Assembly: GCA_963806535.1 (NCBI GenBank) | Contig: CAWDYC010000007.1 | Coordinates: forward strand, 320,001 to 384,000 | Reading direction: 5' to 3' | DNA: 64,000 nucleotides | From: Candidatus Bathyarchaeota archaeon | Lineage (GTDB): Archaea > Thermoproteota > Bathyarchaeia > Bathyarchaeales > Bathycorpusculaceae | Shown here: piece after piece, positions 19,438-31,040 of the stretch | How positions within the stretch are numbered: position 1 is the first letter of the stretch | Layout of the letters: every line of letters begins with the position of its first letter | The notes under the pieces: model-generated | Told to the model about the DNA's origin: nothing | Database searches by the model: none | Seen by the model: only the letters and a program-made list of their open reading frames with translations | Made by a program: the position numbers and the translations under genes

Positions 19438-20041
19438 AACCGCAAGCGAGCAACCAATGTAAACAAGTCATTGTTCTAGATACTTCTGCTTTTGTGGCGG
19501 GTTTTGATCCTTTCTCATTAAGCGAGGAGCAAGTGACTGTTCCTAAGGTTGAAGAAGAAATAAGAAGAAATTCTATGAATAAACTGCGCTTTGAAACAGC
19601 CCTTGAAAACGGACGAGTGAAAATTAAAGCACCATCACAAGAATTTGTAAATCAAATTAAAGCATCATCCAGCAAAGTTGGCGACTCGTTCAAATTATCG
19701 GAAACTGACATTGAGCTTTTAGCTTTAGCCTTAGAATTGAAAGTCAACAGGTTACAGTCCTCAGATTGTCAGCGATGATTACTCAATTCAGAATGTTGCC
19801 ACGCAGACTAGGGATAGAATTTTTGGCGCTTGCCACTTTCGGTATCAAACGGCTTTTAGAGTGGATAAGATATTGCCCAGCATGTTACCGAGAATACCCA
19901 GCTAACAGCTCAGCCAAGGAATGCAAAGTTTGCGGTACCACTCTGAAGAGAAAACCGCGCAGAACCGTGAAAAAAAGTGAAGATAAAAGTAGCCTATGCT
20001 TCTTTTGCGACCTCATTAATTGTATCTTCAACGATATCTAA
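19434..20041 (+). CDS. nob1: NOB1 family PIN endonuclease with zinc ribbon (frameshifted)
   Basis: VLDTSAF, LSETDIELLALA, SDDYSIQNVA in an alternate frame, CPAC...CKVCG; 3' end uncertain. Confidence 0.85.
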
Positions 20042-21346
20042 TGCAGCTGCAAGCATATCAGTTTGTATTGTAAGCGGCGGAACTATCCTCAGCGTTGAAA
20101 CGCCACATGTAACAACGGCAACTCCACGTTTCCATGAACGCACCATAACTTCAGCTGCTTTTTGATGCGAAGGCTTTTTCGTTTCTTTGTCCTCGACAAG
20201 TTCAACGCCAATCATTAGACCTTTACCGCGTACATCTCCAACTATGCTGTTAGATTCTTTGAGTTCTTCTAATCTTTTCATCGCATAAGCTCCTTGCTTG
20301 TTGGCGTTGTCGAGCAATTGCTGTTCCTTAATAACATCTAGAACTGCAACTGCAGCAGCGCAGGATAACGGGTTTCCGCCGAAAGTGCTTGCATGTGACC
20401 CACTTGTCCAATCCATAATTTTTGCGTTGGCAATTGTTGCACCGATAGGTAAGCCTGACGCTAATGCTTTTGAACTGCAGATTATGTCTGGTTCGATGTC
20501 CCAGTGCTCGATAGCGAACCATTTGCCAGTTCTGCCTATGCCAGATTGAACTTCATCATCGATAAGCAGTATGCCATATTTGTCAGCGATTTTTTTGAGT
20601 TTTTGGAAAAACTCGGCTGGAGGAACCACATAGCCGCCTTCTCCTTGAATTGGTTCAAAAAGAATAGCTGCAACATCTTCAGGAGGCATATACTTTTGCA
20701 GCACTTGCTCTTCAATAAAATCTGCACACCAATAATTACAGGAGGGCTGTTCTAGTTTGAAGGGGCAACGGTAGCAATGAGGATAAGGAACATGAGCAAC
20801 TCCAGGCATAAAGGGAGAAAATTGTCTCCTCTGCACTGGTTTGCTTGCGGTGAAAGATAATGAACCCATAGTGCGGCCATGAAAAGCGTCTATGAATCCT
20901 ATAAATTGAGTTTTGCGCGTGTGCCATCTAGCAAGCTTTATTGCTGCTTCCACAGCTTCGGTGCCGCTGTTGCCGAAATAGGTTTTTTTCTCACATTCGC
21001 CAGGAGTTATTTTTGCTAACTTTTCTGCCAGATTGATGACTTCTTTGTAGTAGAAGTCAGTGTTAGAATAATGTAGAAAACGGTCACACTGACTTTTTAT
21101 GGCTTCAACTACGCGGGGATGGTTATGTCCAACATTCATGCAGGCTATGCCAGAGTTAAGATCAATGTACTCGTTTCCATCAACGTCTTTAACCACACAG
21201 TCGTTTGCTGATTCAACAACAAGCGGGTAAAACCGAAGATACGATGGAGAAACAAAACGTTCATCCTTAACAACAAGCTCCCTTGCCTTAGGACCTGGCG
21301 GGGAAACAACAATTTTAGGATAAGAATTCATTTGAAATAACTCCAC
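19994..21346 (-). CDS. Class III PLP aminotransferase (acetylornithine/4-aminobutyrate aminotransferase family)
   Basis: NSGTEAVEAA, FHGRT, EPIQGEGG, DEVQSGIGRTG, SK lysine, TFGGNP. Confidence 0.9.
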   Translation of the reverse strand: MELFQMNSYPKIVVSPPGPKARELVVKDERFVSPSYLRFYPLVVESANDCVVKDVDGNEYIDLNSGIACMNVGHNHPRVVEAIKSQCDRFLHYSNTDFYYKEVINLAEKLAKITPGECEKKTYFGNSGTEAVEAAIKLARWHTRKTQFIGFIDAFHGRTMGSLSFTASKPVQRRQFSPFMPGVAHVPYPHCYRCPFKLEQPSCNYWCADFIEEQVLQKYMPPEDVAAILFEPIQGEGGYVVPPAEFFQKLKKIADKYGILLIDDEVQSGIGRTGKWFAIEHWDIEPDIICSSKALASGLPIGATIANAKIMDWTSGSHASTFGGNPLSCAAAVAVLDVIKEQQLLDNANKQGAYAMKRLEELKESNSIVGDVRGKGLMIGVELVEDKETKKPSHQKAAEVMVRSWKRGVAVVTCGVSTLRIVPPLTIQTDMLAAALDIVEDTINEVAKEA

Positions 21347-21402
21347 AAAAAGGCTAGTAAAGAACCAATATTAACCTTTACCACGCTGTAAGCAACGTTA
21401 AT

Positions 21403-23229
21403 TTAAAAGAGCAGCAGGAGCAATATTAAAAATAGACCTTCTAACCCAAAAATTGGAAGCATTTGTTTTGCTTTTTTAATGGCTTTATCGACAAGCGTCG
21501 TTATCGATTTTAGTTGTTCTTCGCCGATTACTCTGACTTGCGGAACAGTGAAATGTAAGTAACCAGCACGGGCAACCTCTAAGGTTGCGCCTGCGTTTTT
21601 TGCAGCATCACAGATGTAGCGAATTAGCAATTCTTGATCCATCGCTTCGCCAACTGGATGGTAACCTCGCCGACCAGCCCGTCCCCCAGTGATCAATGCA
21701 CTCACAGCATGGGTATCAGTAGTGAAAACCTCACTTTCATCAAACCCGATTGAAGCCAAAGAGGTAAGAATCTTTTCACGCAATCCAGAAACCATGTTGT
21801 TTCCATCAATGACCACATAAACGGTTTTCTGGTTCTCCACTTGAACAACAATTGCCGTGATTCCGCCCGCACCCATTCCATTCCTTAATGAAAATTCTTT
21901 TGGAAAAACACTTTCAGCTCCAACCAAGAACCGTTTCGTCTGCAATTTTACCGCTTTTTGAATGCATTTTGAAGCTGCAGTTTGTAATTCATTCAAATGC
22001 GCTTCAACATCAACCAAATCGGTGATGCTATTGTGACTATTAACCACTACAGAACCGTTTAAACCGTATTTTTCTGCTTCTTCAACAACAAATCGACCAA
22101 GATCCTGAGGTAAATCTTCAGTTGTTTCCGGAGCGAGCGAAAAAGAAAGAAAAAGAGTATCTCCAAAAATTTGGCCTGTAGCCGTGGCAGCACCCTCAGT
22201 AATTCTGACAGAAGGCGAAGCTAAATCTGCTGTAGCCTTGAATTTTGCAGAAGTGCTTACCTGAGAAATTATTTTATAATTCTGTTCTTGCGAAGCTAAA
22301 TCAAGCTCGTGTCCAAGAATACCTAAAGGAGTACAAGTGACACAGCTATACTCTTTTTCAAAGCCTTGTTTTAGAAGAGAAGGCAAGAGACTGCTCCCTA
22401 TATTCTTGAATGGCCCGGGGTGCACGAGTGGAACAATGATGGCCGCTTTAGGTTTGGAAGAGTCAAATTTTAAAAGAGTAACTTCAATGTCTTTGTCTTC
22501 GCCCATTTCTTCAAGGTACTTTTCCATAGGCGCATTTTGATCAGTTGCCCAGTTAACTATAAAAGCTCTAAACAGGGGAATGGAGCGCATTGAAAATGTT
22601 TTTTGACCTAAGCGTTCGATAGAATAAAGAAATAGGCTTACTGCAAGAAAACAGATGAGAGGAGAAATAATTATAAAAAGCAAAATTTGCATAAACGGAA
22701 ATTTAACTAAAGTGCTATCCCAAAAAATGACAAAAGCAACTAAACAAAGGATTGGTTGAAGCAAGACAGATATCCCCTTTCTCCACCAATCCGATGTTGA
22801 AGTCGCAATTAAAACGATTATTCTAAGAGTTAGGACGGCTGCGAAGCCAAGTAGGCAAAATTTAACCCAGATTAAAGAACCAAATGGAAAGCTTAACAGA
22901 ATACCTAAGACATTGAAAACAAGCCATACAATCCATCCAACGAGGGATATAGCCAAAGTACGTCTTAAAGAGAAAATTGGGTCATTTCTAAGAGTTATCT
23001 TAGTCATTAGTAAATCAGAGACGAGCGTAATAGCTAAAAAAGCGAGACCAATTGCCAAACCATAAAATAGCTTTTGCGAGGCAGGGACAGCCAAAGTTGA
23101 AAGCCCAATTATCAGGCATAACACTGAGACCGCAATAAGCACTTTTCTTAAGGATGGAAGAGAAAACATAGAGGAATAGTGCTTAGAAGCGCTATCAATT
23201 GATTTGTTTAGTGAACTCTTGCTCTCCAT
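21403..23229 (-). CDS. DUF2070 family membrane protein
   Basis: N-terminal TM bundle, VHPGPF..IGSS.LP, DGNNM, TTDTH. Confidence 0.85.
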   Translation of the reverse strand: MESKSSLNKSIDSASKHYSSMFSLPSLRKVLIAVSVLCLIIGLSTLAVPASQKLFYGLAIGLAFLAITLVSDLLMTKITLRNDPIFSLRRTLAISLVGWIVWLVFNVLGILLSFPFGSLIWVKFCLLGFAAVLTLRIIVLIATSTSDWWRKGISVLLQPILCLVAFVIFWDSTLVKFPFMQILLFIIISPLICFLAVSLFLYSIERLGQKTFSMRSIPLFRAFIVNWATDQNAPMEKYLEEMGEDKDIEVTLLKFDSSKPKAAIIVPLVHPGPFKNIGSSLLPSLLKQGFEKEYSCVTCTPLGILGHELDLASQEQNYKIISQVSTSAKFKATADLASPSVRITEGAATATGQIFGDTLFLSFSLAPETTEDLPQDLGRFVVEEAEKYGLNGSVVVNSHNSITDLVDVEAHLNELQTAASKCIQKAVKLQTKRFLVGAESVFPKEFSLRNGMGAGGITAIVVQVENQKTVYVVIDGNNMVSGLREKILTSLASIGFDESEVFTTDTHAVSALITGGRAGRRGYHPVGEAMDQELLIRYICDAAKNAGATLEVARAGYLHFTVPQVRVIGEEQLKSITTLVDKAIKKAKQMLPIFGLEGLFLILLLLLF

Positions 23230-23489
23230 ACTTCCAACTCGGCTAAGCTGCCATATGGATTTAGAAAGAGTTATTAAAATTCTTTAGGCAAGATAGAACT
23301 TCATTCTCAAAACAAGAAACACAAATTTTTTTATAACAAATAAGGGAGGCAGGTGCAATTAGGCATGAAGAAGTCAAAAAACAAAGGAACAAAAGACCGC
23401 TTTACACCAATGAGAAGAGAAGTCAACATGGTTTCGGCAGAGGAACTGTTTTATCCTTAGGATAACAATTGTATTAGTTTGCGAGATAT

Positions 23490-23780
23490 ATGGCAGATCA
23501 AGACTTGCCTCCTTCAATATTTCACATGTTGGAGAGGAACGTAGGCAAAAAAATCAGAGTAATTATTGATCCAGCCTACGGTTTTGAAGGCAATTTGGTC
23601 GCCGTAACGCATGATCCTTCAGGCATCTGGTTGTCAGATGCAGAAGCAATTGTTTTAAGATCAACTATTGCTCAGCCAATTCCTCAAGTTGCTAGCCGAG
23701 AAGAAAGAAGCGAATTGTTTCTTCATTTGAATTCGGTTCAAAGAATAGAAGTTTTACACGCGACCCAGCCCAGACGATAA
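23490..23780 (+). CDS. Sm/LSm-like protein
   Basis: GKKIRVI...FEGNL Sm1-like and ELFLHLNSVQRIE Sm2-like segments. Confidence 0.6.
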   Translation: MADQDLPPSIFHMLERNVGKKIRVIIDPAYGFEGNLVAVTHDPSGIWLSDAEAIVLRSTIAQPIPQVASREERSELFLHLNSVQRIEVLHATQPRR

Positions 23781-23788
23781 AGCTGTGT

Positions 23789-23962
23789 CTAACCGTGAAA
23801 GAATACTTTGGCCATGACAGAGATGACTATTAATGAAACTGAAAAGACAACGAGTAATTCAGGTCTAATTTTTACTCCTTCGGTTTCTTCTTCGAAGAAC
23901 CTAAGCAAACCTGCACTTGCTGCGGGCATTGGACCTGTATCTTTCTTTTTCTTCCTACTCAC
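23789..23962 (-). CDS. secG: Preprotein translocase subunit Sec61beta (archaeal SecG)
   Basis: Manual translation MSRKKKKDTGPMPAASAGLLRFFEEETEGVKIRPELLVVFSVSLIVISVMAKVFFHG contains the AGLLRFFEEE...P signature. Confidence 0.9.
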   Translation of the reverse strand: MSRKKKKDTGPMPAASAGLLRFFEEETEGVKIRPELLVVFSVSLIVISVMAKVFFHG

Positions 23963-24079
23963 CAATTATCCCTGTCCCTTCATGTATTGTCTGCATTTAA
24001 TTAATCTTGCGCAGGCAGAAGGCTAAACCATATTTTCATAAATCATACCTTAAATGTTTTAACGAATTTTATTTGCTTA

Positions 24080-24388
24080 ATGTTAATTGGTGAGCATATG
24101 CAAATCCATGAATTTCAAGAAATGATGCGCCAACTATATTTCAAAAGAGACTCTGAACGTGGAATAAACGGAACTTTCAATTGGCTAGTTGATGAGGTTG
24201 AGGAACTAGGCGAAGAATTACGTAAAGGAACTGACAGGGAAGCTACCGAGAAAGAATTCGCCGATGTAATTGCGTGGCTTGCCTCTCTCGCCAACATAAT
24301 GGGAATTGATCTTGAAAAAGCAGCACTCAATAAATACAACCATAAATGCCCAAAATGCCAGCATTCACCATGTAAATGTACTTTTTAA
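24080..24388 (+). CDS. MazG-like nucleotide pyrophosphohydrolase
   Basis: WLVDEVEELGE...EFADVIAWLASLAN, C-terminal CPKC..PCKC. Confidence 0.85.
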   Translation: MLIGEHMQIHEFQEMMRQLYFKRDSERGINGTFNWLVDEVEELGEELRKGTDREATEKEFADVIAWLASLANIMGIDLEKAALNKYNHKCPKCQHSPCKCTF

Positions 24389-24633
24389 CTTAGTCGTTTC
24401 TGTCCGAACCCTGTAGATACCCAAAAGTAAGGTCTGCTTCCTTTGCGGTGAACAATATCTTCCTTTTCAAGAAGTCGCAGGTGATGTATTACGACGCTGT
24501 AAGATAATGAAGCTTCTTTTGCCATTCTTCCAGCTGATCTTGGTTGGATGTCGAGAGTATCGAGTATTTTGGTTCTGGCTTTAAGACCGCAATTTACGTT
24601 TCTTATATTTTTTAGGTAAGCGTTTGGATGCAA
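24385..24633 (-). CDS. ArsR-like winged-helix protein
   Basis: ARTKILDTL...LSYSVVIHHLRLLEKEDIV. Confidence 0.75.
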   Translation of the reverse strand: MHPNAYLKNIRNVNCGLKARTKILDTLDIQPRSAGRMAKEASLSYSVVIHHLRLLEKEDIVHRKGSRPYFWVSTGFGQKRLS

Positions 24634-24695
24634 GGCGTCGTTTATATTTATTCACCAAAAATTAACAAACGTTATAGATTGAAAAGCTTTCGGGC

Positions 24696-27600
24696 TTAAA
24701 CAAAATCGAAAAGTTTTGATTGCTTTGGCTTTTTGTTATCAAACATTGAAGCGATCTCTTCTTTTATTAGATCCATTCTTTGTGTGTAATATTTGGGCAA
24801 ACCGTAAGTGTCAACAAGCTGCTGCGCGGCGACCAGGTACTTCTCTATACCGCCACGGTAAACAGTAAGCGTTAACTTTCCACCGCAGAAGGGACATTTT
24901 CCTTTAAGGGGTAAGCGACGAAACTTTTTGTTGCACGATTTACATCTAAACGCTTGTGTTGAAAAAGCACGAAGGTTACCTGCTATATCTCGGATGAAAT
25001 GAGTTGTCAAAACTTTTAATGCAACGCGTTTAACGTCTACGGCGTCAATTCTTGAACCTAACTCTAATTGCATATTCAGTTTTTCTATCATTGATTTGAA
25101 TTCTTTGTATGCGCTGTTTGCGTTTCCAAGGTTTATGTTTGTTACTGGAGTAGTATATTGGAAGCCTTCAAACTGAGCTTCAGTTCCAAGCCTATGGCTG
25201 ATAACATCCATAATTGAGCTTACAGGTTTTGCTTCTCCTTTATCCCAAGTTTTTTGGTAAAACTCAAGAGGATAAGTTGCGTCAACATCAAAATCATGGG
25301 CTTGTCTTTGCACTTCCTTGGTGTTAACAAATGGAATCAAGAGTATAGGAGCATCCATAATTCCGCCTATCTGAGCAGGCAAGTAAATATTTGAGAAGTT
25401 CAGAAGCGTATCTAACGCCAGCATAATTGCATCTTCATCACCGTCACAGTCACGACGCTTAGCTGAATGCCATATGGGGTGGGCGTAAATCACGTTACGA
25501 TCGGTGTAGCCAACTATTCGCCCTAGAATACAAGCACAGGTGTGAGGTGCTAAACCAAAAACCAAATGGCCAACGAGGTCTTCAGGCGTCTTAACATTGT
25601 AGTAAGCTGAAAGCTTGTAAACTCTCACAAGTAAGTCGTCAATGAAATCTGCAATCTGAATGAAGTAATCTCCTGCTCGCCATGGAATCACAATGTCTTG
25701 AACCTTAAGCTCACAAACTTGATTAGGATCAGTTAAACTTGCACCACGTCTGTCAGCGGTGTAGCCTAGCTGCTCTTATCTTTTCAACAGACACTCCAAC
25801 TTCAACAGGAGTAAAATGTGTTAGGGGAGCGTTCGTAGCGTCAAAGCGGATCGTGCCGTCTTTGTATACGGATAAATCATATTTTGCCCGCAAAATCCCT
25901 TTTTCAATAATTTCCGGAGTCTTGTCCTTGTTAGTTAAACCTTTGACCCCTCTTAACATTTTTGGAGATGGATAACCAAGGGATTTACAAGCTTCCCCAA
26001 CAATGTCCTTAAAATTAACTGGTTGCCGCTGGTATTGAACAGCATCAGTTTTGCATGTAGGGCAACTATTATCTTTCAAAGCTCTTCCACAGCGAGGACA
26101 ATAATTCTCTTTAACCGTATTACATCCACAATCGGAACATTTGACCTTTAAAGTGTAATTTTTGCAATTTGGACACTTACGCTTAACCATTTCAACAAAA
26201 ACAGGACCTTGCTTTGCTGCTTCCAAAAGATCTCTATGCATACCGCCCGCAAGATTAACCGGGAAAAGGACGTGAACAGGGGGTCTCATGTCTCGTTTCT
26301 TAGCCTTCTCAGGACGTCCCATTCGTCCACCAACATAAGTCGGTGCTTTATCCTTAACTTGAACGCCCGAAAGCAAATTGACTGCTTCAAGAACATTCGA
26401 TGCTTTTCCAATGTCTATATTTTTACCATAACCCAGACACATTGCCAAAGCGCCTGCAGATTCACCTTCCAACAAAATCTTACCATCGCATAGCCTATGG
26501 GGAACAAGAATTTTTCTCAACAATCTCGTAACGTCTTCGTTAACATCGCATGAAATTTTACAAACAACATCTTCTTCGGCTAAAACCTCACCGGACGCCA
26601 ACCATTTTCTCAGCAACTCCACTTCTTTAGGATCACATAAGCTTGACCAAAAGAATAGGTAACTTGGGTGTAAAGGCACACCTAAACGCGAGCTAAGCAG
26701 CACTGCCTCCCTAAACGAAGGTTTATTGATAAAAGGATCAGTCACAAAACTATTTAACAGCGATAAAGAAATCTGAATATCTTCTGCTGCCTTCCGATAG
26801 TCTGAGCCAAAATTTTGTTCAATAGCTCTCTGAAGGTCTTTAGCCCACCATTCTTCAACGTACCCTGAAGGCGGAAGTGCCTTGTTAGAATAGAGAAAAT
26901 CGCCAAAACTGATCAGAATGTCTCCAAGAAAAAGGATTTTTTGAATTTTACCTTTAACTTCACCAAAATTTTCTAAAGTCACTCTAACTACGGAGTTATC
27001 CTTTAACAAAACAACAGGTGGCTCAATTGCATCCACTGGAAGGGTAACGCACCCTTTCCCAGGAAGTTCTAAACGCATCTGTGTTCCTGCTGCCAGAAAA
27101 TTCTCTAGAACATGCATTGTCGCAGGATGGATACCTACAGCAGAAAGACCAGTGTTTCTTGATCGACCGTACCTTAACCTAAATCCTCCTCGACGCGATG
27201 GAAAAGCAAAGATTGGACGACCTGCAATCACATCATCCATAAATCCGCCTGATTTCTTCTCTGATTTCTTTTTGAATTCTCTTAGCCAATCCCAGCCTTG
27301 AAAACCGATCTTGTCGATTATAACAAATACTTTTTGCGCTCGCCCAACGATGCCGTCGTTAACTACTCTTAGTGCGCCTCCTCTAACACGATTTGTTTCC
27401 ACTCTTGGCAGGTTCCGATATGAGGAGACTTCTACTGGGTCAGATTCTGTGCCTGTGCATTCAACAGGAATCAGGTTCAGCGCCTTTCTTAATTCTTCGT
27501 CAGGAATGTGATATTGAAAACGGCCAACTGACCGTTCATACAGTCTCAATTCCTCTATAAAACGGGAAACCTCTTCGTCAGTGGGCTTGTATTTATCAAG

Positions 27601-28101
27601 TCCCAGCTGTCTACGAACAAAATCGCCAACAACCAAAGTTAGCGCTTGATCTGTTCCGCCTGCCGACCTGATTGGTCCTGCAAAATATATGGCTAAATAA
27701 CGCGTCTTATCTGAGTTAGTTTTTATTTTTACTTCAGCTATCCCTTGTATCGGGGCGGCAGTTAACCCTTCAGTAAAAATTGCAAGCGCTGTTCGAATCG
27801 CTTGTTCTGCAGCCCTTTCAGGGTCCATGCTACCGAATTTTCCTAAAACAATTTCCTCTGCAACTTTAAATGCGATTTCTTCTCGTTGAATCTTGGGGCT
27901 TAATTCTCTGATGCTAAGCGCAACTTTTTTTGGACCAACTAATCCTTCCACTAAATCAGCAATGTCCTGCGCGACGATGCATTCTGTTTTTAATGAGGGG
28001 TCTAAACCTTGAGACCTGGCGCTGTCGCTTATAGCGTATAGTTGCTCCAGTGTTTTTTCCAATGTTTCAATGTAGTTTTGATAGCCTTTGCTAATGTTCA
28101 C
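24696..28101 (-). CDS. polC: DNA polymerase D large subunit DP2 (one frameshift near 25775)
   Basis: AGPIRSAGGT, GFRLRYGRSRNTG, RMGRPEKAK, KRRDCDGDED catalytic motif, zinc fingers; frames rejoin as QLGYTAD...ELKVQDIVIP. Confidence 0.95.
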
Positions 28102-28188
28102 AGTGCAGTGTCCCTTCGCAAGATATAGAATAATGGGTTATTTTGGCTTTCTAAAAACCACATAGAAAAGTCAATCACAAACTAGTAG

Positions 28189-28941
28189 CTAAACTTTAAC
28201 GCCTTTGATGGCACCGATGATTTCAGAAATCCTTTGATTAGCATCGCATGTTTCAGTAACATTACCGGTAACGATTATGTCTGCTCCGGCTGAAGCAGCT
28301 GACGCTGCTTGCTCCTTAGTTCGTATTCCTCCACCTACAATGAGAGGTATTTCAAGCAAATGCTTGACAGTACGAATCATTTCAGGGGGCACAGGATTCG
28401 CTGCGCCAGATCCACCTTCAAGATAAATGAAGCGCATCCCAAGGTATTGGCCTGCAAGAGCATGAGCAGCTGCAAGTTCAGGTTTATTATACGGCACTGA
28501 AATGGCTTTGCCGACAATACCAGCGGTGCCACCATCGCCCACTATTACATAGCCCATAGAAATAGGTTCTAAATGATATTTTTTTACTAGTGGAGCCCCA
28601 AGAATCTGGGCTCCCATCAGAAAGTAAGGATCTACTGAATTAAGAAGAGACATAAACCATATGGCATCGGCATAACTGCTTATGCCTGTAATGTTATTGG
28701 GAAAAAGTATTGTGGGAAGTTTTACAGAGGCCTTAATGGATTTTACAACGTCATCAAGGTGAGCTTGAGAAGCAAAAGTTGAGCCTCCAATCATTATCGC
28801 AGCGGTTCCGCTATTTCGGGAACTTTCAGCAATATTAGCAGCCTGTTGAACCGTAACTTTTTCTGGATCAATGAGGGTTATATGGATTGAGCCTTCAGCT
28901 TTTATTTTTTCAAGTAAGTATTTTTCGATCGGCCCTAGCAT
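28189..28941 (-). CDS. Geranylgeranylglyceryl phosphate synthase
   Basis: TLIDPEK, MIGGST, YLEGGSGA, VGGGIR. Confidence 0.92.
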   Translation of the reverse strand: MLGPIEKYLLEKIKAEGSIHITLIDPEKVTVQQAANIAESSRNSGTAAIMIGGSTFASQAHLDDVVKSIKASVKLPTILFPNNITGISSYADAIWFMSLLNSVDPYFLMGAQILGAPLVKKYHLEPISMGYVIVGDGGTAGIVGKAISVPYNKPELAAAHALAGQYLGMRFIYLEGGSGAANPVPPEMIRTVKHLLEIPLIVGGGIRTKEQAASAASAGADIIVTGNVTETCDANQRISEIIGAIKGVKV

Positions 28942-28956
28942 GCAATAATCCTTCGA

Positions 28957-29223
28957 TTATTCTTTTTTAACAGATGTCACTGGAGTCCTTTTTGTAGAAC
29001 CATAAACCCGATCAGTCAACATGCAATAAACGTCAACTTCGCCTTGCGCATGTTTAATTGGAAATTCCTCTTTAAGACCACAGCTGCTGCATTGTGCAAC
29101 GGCATGACTGTCTTCCCGGGTAATTTCAACTTTAACAGTTTCTTTTCCGCAGGTCGGGCATGAGAAGAACTTAGGTAAACGTTTCTTAGGAATATGAACT
29201 ACTTTTTTCCTTCTTCGCCCCAA
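28957..29223 (-). CDS. elf1: Transcription elongation factor Elf1
   Basis: MGRRRKK...LPKFFSCPTCG...CSSCGL...VDVY. Confidence 0.9.
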   Translation of the reverse strand: MGRRRKKVVHIPKKRLPKFFSCPTCGKETVKVEITREDSHAVAQCSSCGLKEEFPIKHAQGEVDVYCMLTDRVYGSTKRTPVTSVKKE

Positions 29224-29327
29224 ATATAACAGCCTTCTAAATTGGTGATAATGTTCATTTAATATTTATCCTTGTCCTTAAATACTTGCCTACAAACTCA
29301 ACAATGTGAGGCTGCGTGACCAACTAA

Positions 29328-30170
29328 GTGAAATTAACGACTTCAAGCTTAGACATAGATTTTTCAGAAGCCGAAAAAAGAATTTCCAGATTCATTAAAG
29401 AATACGTTGAAAACGCTGGAGCCAAAGGAATCGTACTTGGGCTGTCTGGCGGAATTGACAGTGGTACAATAGCAGCGCTTTCAAGTCGTGCAATAGGCGG
29501 CGACAAGGTGCTTGGGCTCATGCTACCTGAAGAGGAAAACTTCAGCCAAAACGACATCAACGACGCAAAAATAGTTGCAGAAAAGTTTGATTTGCAAACA
29601 CAGATTTGTGACATGTCAGACGTCTTAGGATGCCTGTACAAGGCGATACCCGTCTTTGATCAAAAAGATAGGGTTTGCAAAGGCAATCTAAAGGCAAGAA
29701 CAAGAATGATTTACCTTTACTATTATGCTAACAAGTTTAACAGAATGGTTTGCGGCAGTTCCGATAAATCTGAAACGATGATGGGGTATTTCACCAAATG
29801 GGGAGATGCTGCAGCGGACCTAACGCCAATTATGGACTTATACAAAACGCAAGTTCGAAAACTGGCAATTCATTTGGGTATCCCGAAGGAGCTTGCCTTA
29901 AAACCATCCACTCCAGCCCTTTGGCCTGCTCAGTTCGCAGAGACAGAACTTGGAATCAAGTATGAAACGTTAGATCTTATTCTTTATGGGCTTGAGAAGT
30001 TTATGACGACTGATGAAATTGCGGATCAGCTGAGCATTCAGAAGCCTATTGTTACTGTTGTGAAGAGCAGATGGCTTGCAAATGAACACAAGCGAAGAAT
30101 GCCATTAGCCCCGAAAATTGGGTATAGAACAGTAGGAAACGATTTTAGACTTCCAAGACATAGCTATTGA
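29328..30170 (+). CDS. nadE: NAD+ synthetase
   Basis: GLSGGIDS, NLKARTRM, GYFTKWGD, EHKR. Confidence 0.95.
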   Translation: MKLTTSSLDIDFSEAEKRISRFIKEYVENAGAKGIVLGLSGGIDSGTIAALSSRAIGGDKVLGLMLPEEENFSQNDINDAKIVAEKFDLQTQICDMSDVLGCLYKAIPVFDQKDRVCKGNLKARTRMIYLYYYANKFNRMVCGSSDKSETMMGYFTKWGDAAADLTPIMDLYKTQVRKLAIHLGIPKELALKPSTPALWPAQFAETELGIKYETLDLILYGLEKFMTTDEIADQLSIQKPIVTVVKSRWLANEHKRRMPLAPKIGYRTVGNDFRLPRHSY

Positions 30171-30183
30171 ACGTGGAAACCAC

Positions 30184-31017
30184 ATGAAAAACAAAATTAG
30201 ACTCGCCCTTGCTCAAATAAGCAGTAGACGAGAAAACAAAGAAGTAAATTTCCAGAAAATTGAGGAATTGACTTTAAGGGCAAAAGAGCAAGGTGCCGAT
30301 CTTGCAATCTTTCCTGAGCTTTCACTGTCTGGATACGTGGTTAGAGATCAATTGTATGAGTTAGCGGAGACTATTCCAGGGCCAACCGTTGAGAAAGTGG
30401 AGAAGTTGGCAAAGGAAGCGGGCATGCACGTTATTTTTGGTATGCCAGAGTTAAGCGAGAAAACACAGGCAACGATTTTTAACACCGCTGTTTTAGTTGG
30501 TCCAAAAGGGTTAATCGGTAAATACCGCAAAATGTATTTGCCAACTCACAGTGTTTTTGAAGAAAAAAGGTATTTCCGTCCAGGTTACCAGTCAGCATCG
30601 TTTCAAACAGATTTGGGTAATATCGGTTTATGCATTTGCTATGACATTTTCTTTCCAGAAGTCATCAGACTCACCCGGTTGAAAGGAGCACAATTAATCG
30701 TGTGCATATCAGCATCTCCAGCAGTGCGCCGAAGCTATTTTGAAACATTAACTTGCGCTAGAGCAATTGAAAATACAGCTTACGTTGCTTACGTTAACCT
30801 TGCGGGAGTTCAAGATGGGTTGCAGTTTTGGGGAGGAAGCAGGTTAGTTAGTCCATCTGGAGATATTCTTGTTAAAGCCAAATATGATGAAGAAGACTTT
30901 GTCATTTGTGACATAGATTATGCGGACCTACGTTCTGCGGAAACATTCATTCCCACATTGAAAGATTTACGACCAGAACTGTTCGATAAACTAAGAGAGT
31001 ATTCAGAACTTCTTTGA
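30184..31017 (+). CDS. Carbon-nitrogen hydrolase (nitrilase family)
   Basis: Catalytic triad FPEL, YRK, ICYD. Confidence 0.9.
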   Translation: MKNKIRLALAQISSRRENKEVNFQKIEELTLRAKEQGADLAIFPELSLSGYVVRDQLYELAETIPGPTVEKVEKLAKEAGMHVIFGMPELSEKTQATIFNTAVLVGPKGLIGKYRKMYLPTHSVFEEKRYFRPGYQSASFQTDLGNIGLCICYDIFFPEVIRLTRLKGAQLIVCISASPAVRRSYFETLTCARAIENTAYVAYVNLAGVQDGLQFWGGSRLVSPSGDILVKAKYDEEDFVICDIDYADLRSAETFIPTLKDLRPELFDKLREYSELL

Positions 31018-31040
31018 ACTTGCGCTAAAGAGTATTTCAT

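Noticed and set aside
23808-24026. 72-aa plus-strand ORF
   Set aside because: Shadow of the Sec61beta gene on the minus strand
25692-25780. Intein, intron or natural split in DP2
   Set aside because: Protein sequence is continuous across the junction after removing one base
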